The translations under genes and the position numbers were made by a program. Source: Laetmonice hystrix (lineage: Eukaryota). Taken from it: a DNA stretch of 64,000 bases. The DNA lies in the NCBI GenBank assembly GCA_965235115.1, contig OZ249440.1, positions 32,800,001-32,864,000 on the forward strand, read 5' to 3'. Shown piece after piece: positions 61,585 through 64,000 of this stretch (within the stretch, counting starts at the first letter, position 1; each line of letters starts with the position of its first letter). The notes beneath the pieces were generated by a model. That model did no database searches. It was not told the DNA's origin and saw only the letters and a list, made by a program, of their open reading frames with translations.

Positions 61585-63003
61585 TGAACTTATCATGACT
61601 TCCTATCTGTGTTCAATAGTAAGTATGTGCTTACCTTACGTACCTTAGCTTACCTTACGTACCTTACCTTTTGAAGATACCAATCATTAAACATATGCAT
61701 GACCTTATTTGACCTTTATAGATCACCGGAGGTCATGGAAAATGGCATCAAATGAAAGTTCATACATGACTTCCTATGCATGTTCAATAGTATCTATGGC
61801 GATATCTTCAACTGATATGGTGATACAAGCCATTTAAAAGTTGTGCGACCTTGAATGACCTTTGACCTTCACTTGGAGTAAAAGAAAATACCAAATGGAA
61901 CTTCATATACGACTTCCTATCCATGTTCAATAGTAAATATGTGCTTATCTTACATAATTTTGGAGATATAAATCATTGGAAATATGCATGACCTTGTTTG
62001 ACCTTTATAAACCACTCAAGGTCCAAGACGACCCCCACAATGACACTGTTTTGGCTTATATCTTGAAAATGGAGAATGATAATGCCATAGTTAGTATAAG
62101 CCATATCGGAGTTACGAGTGCGCATGCTCCGCGATTCGACCTTGACCAAGGTCACGACTGACGAAACCCAAACAAAAGGCCAGGGAAGCGTGTTCAATGA
62201 GTGTCAATCCTACTTTTCCTACTCATTCACGCATTTCATCCAAATTTATTGGGCCCAATCACTAAAAACATTTTTCATAGCGGTAGAACATATTAATCTT
62301 TAGGCATGGCAAGTTTGGTAATGATTTATCGCTAAGTTTATTAAATATGACTTTTGATACACAGGCTCGGGTCCGTCAACACGACCCCCTCTCCCCCCCC
62401 CCCCTGCCTCCTGTCAGTGCCCTAGGCTCGTCCTGTCTCGACTTTTTGTCATTTCATACTGTTTTCGACTAAGTCTTGGCAAACTACTGCTCCAAAATGT
62501 ATGAAATTTATGGCTGAAATCGGCTGTGTGAGGGTGGGGCCGAGCATCGCGGGCAAGCGCGGGGAGAAAGGCATAGTAACGACTAACAAGGTCATGCATA
62601 TTTCCAATGATTTATATCTCCAAAATTATGTAAGATAAGCACATATTTACTATTGAACATGGATAGGAAGTCGTATATGAAGTTCCATTTGGTATTTTCT
62701 TTTACTCCGAGTGAAGGTCAAAGGTTATTCAAGGTCGCACAACTTTTAAATGGCTTGTATCTCCGTATCAGTTGAAGATATCGCCATAGATACTATTGAA
62801 CCTGCATAGGAAGTCATGTATGAACTTTTATTTGACGCCATTTTCCATGACCTCCGGTGATCTATAAAGTTCGAACAAAATCATGCATATTTTTAATGAT
62901 TGGTATCTCCAAAAGGTAGGTACGTAAGGTAAGCTAAGGTACGTAAGGTAAGCACATACTTACTATTGAACACAGATAGGAAGTCATATGAAGTTTCATT
63001 TGG
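61585..63003. repeat. ~410-bp inverted repeat pair (61585-61998 / 62586-63003) of Helentron-like core sequence
   Basis: The arms read as near-perfect reverse complements around a ~590-bp spacer. Confidence 0.9.
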
Positions 63004-63164
63004 TAGTTTCAGAATTTCATTATAGTCCTAATTTTTTTTAACCGCCCCTCCCTGGTCAAATGACGACGACAAGAACAAGCTAAAACAGGTTTTTTTTATC
63101 CCATCTTATGTTTTAGCTTTGCATTGGACGATGGACTACCTTACAGACAACCACCTTCATACCC

Positions 63165-63805
63165 CACCGTCTTCAACTTTAGCTTTAGCTCTGGCTTCAC
63201 AGACCACCATCTCCAACCTCAGCTTTAGCTCTGGCTTCATAGACCACCATGTCCAACCTCAGCTTTAGCTCTGGCTTCATAGACCACCATCTCCAACTTT
63301 AGCTTTAGCTCTGGCTTCATGGATTACAATCTCCAACCTTAGCTTTAGCTCTGGCTTCATGGACCACAATCTCCAACCTTAGCTTTAGCTCTGGTTTCAT
63401 AGAAAATCGTCTTCAACTTTAGCTTTAGCTCTGGCTTCATAGACCATCGTCTTCTACTTTAGCTTTAGCTCTGGCTTCATAGACCACCATCTCCAACGTT
63501 AGCTTTAGCTCTGGCTTCAAAGACCACAATCTCCAACGTTAGCTTTAGCTCTGGCTTCACAGAAAATCGTCTTCAACTTTAGCTTTAGCTCTGGCTTCAC
63601 AGACCACCATCTCCAACCTCAGCTTTAGCTCTGGCTTCATGGACCACAATCTCCAACCTTAGCTTTAGCTCTGGCTTCATATAAAATCGTCTTCAACTTT
63701 AGCTTTAGCTCTGGCTTCATAGACCATCGTCTTCTACTTTAGCTTTAGCTCTGGCTTCATAGACCATCGTCTTCTACTTTAGCTTTAGCTCTGGCTTCAT
63801 AGACC
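63165..63805. repeat. 40-bp minisatellite AGCTTTAGCTCTGGCTTCATAGACCACCATCTCCAACCTT (~16 units)
   Basis: Exact 40-bp period; invariant first half and variable second half. Confidence 0.97.
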
Positions 63806-64000
63806 AGATAAAACAAGGTTTCGTAGACCAAATGGAACACCAGCATTTACCTCAGGGCAATAAATGCCACAATTACGTTGTCTGAATGAAGTAATTAACG
63901 TGTAACTGCCTGATGTGTGACACCGCTGGTTCTAAAACAGAAGGGGGGTACTGTCCTATATATCTGATGGCACCATGGGGGGAGGGGCTCTATTAGTGAG

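Noticed and set aside
63165..63805. Repeat-spacer (CRISPR-like) pattern
   Set aside because: The variable halves are related, recurring variants of one sequence.

Overview
Eukaryotic (animal, probably marine invertebrate; inference) DNA dominated by nested transposable elements. 1-14712 is a near-identical head-to-tail tandem duplication (units 6610 and 7008 bp), each unit carrying an EnSpm/CACTA-like element with a GACGTC-rich subterminal array. 16916-27035 is a Tc1/mariner-type shell containing a nearly intact ISL2EU (PHIS group) transposon: a spliced THAP-HTH-DDE transposase converging on a spliced SAP-like/SWIM/YqaJ exonuclease/PHD-like gene, with a solo LTR inserted between the two stop codons. 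28454-33866 is a KolobokP-like remnant (His-Me finger endonuclease plus deleted transposase). It is interrupted by a CR1/L2-group LINE with an intact APE-RT ORF and, upstream of it, a complete NADAR (YbiA-like) domain, which is the most unusual observation here. 40930-45302 is a young but internally defective Gypsy element. The only recognisable host gene is the last three exons of a SEC14L2-like (GOLD domain) gene on the minus strand (47486-60529). It is missed by the ORF track, and its 11.5 kb intron is a multi-layer TE nest that includes a second, deleted ISL2EU. All family assignments come from reading motifs by eye; no database search was run.
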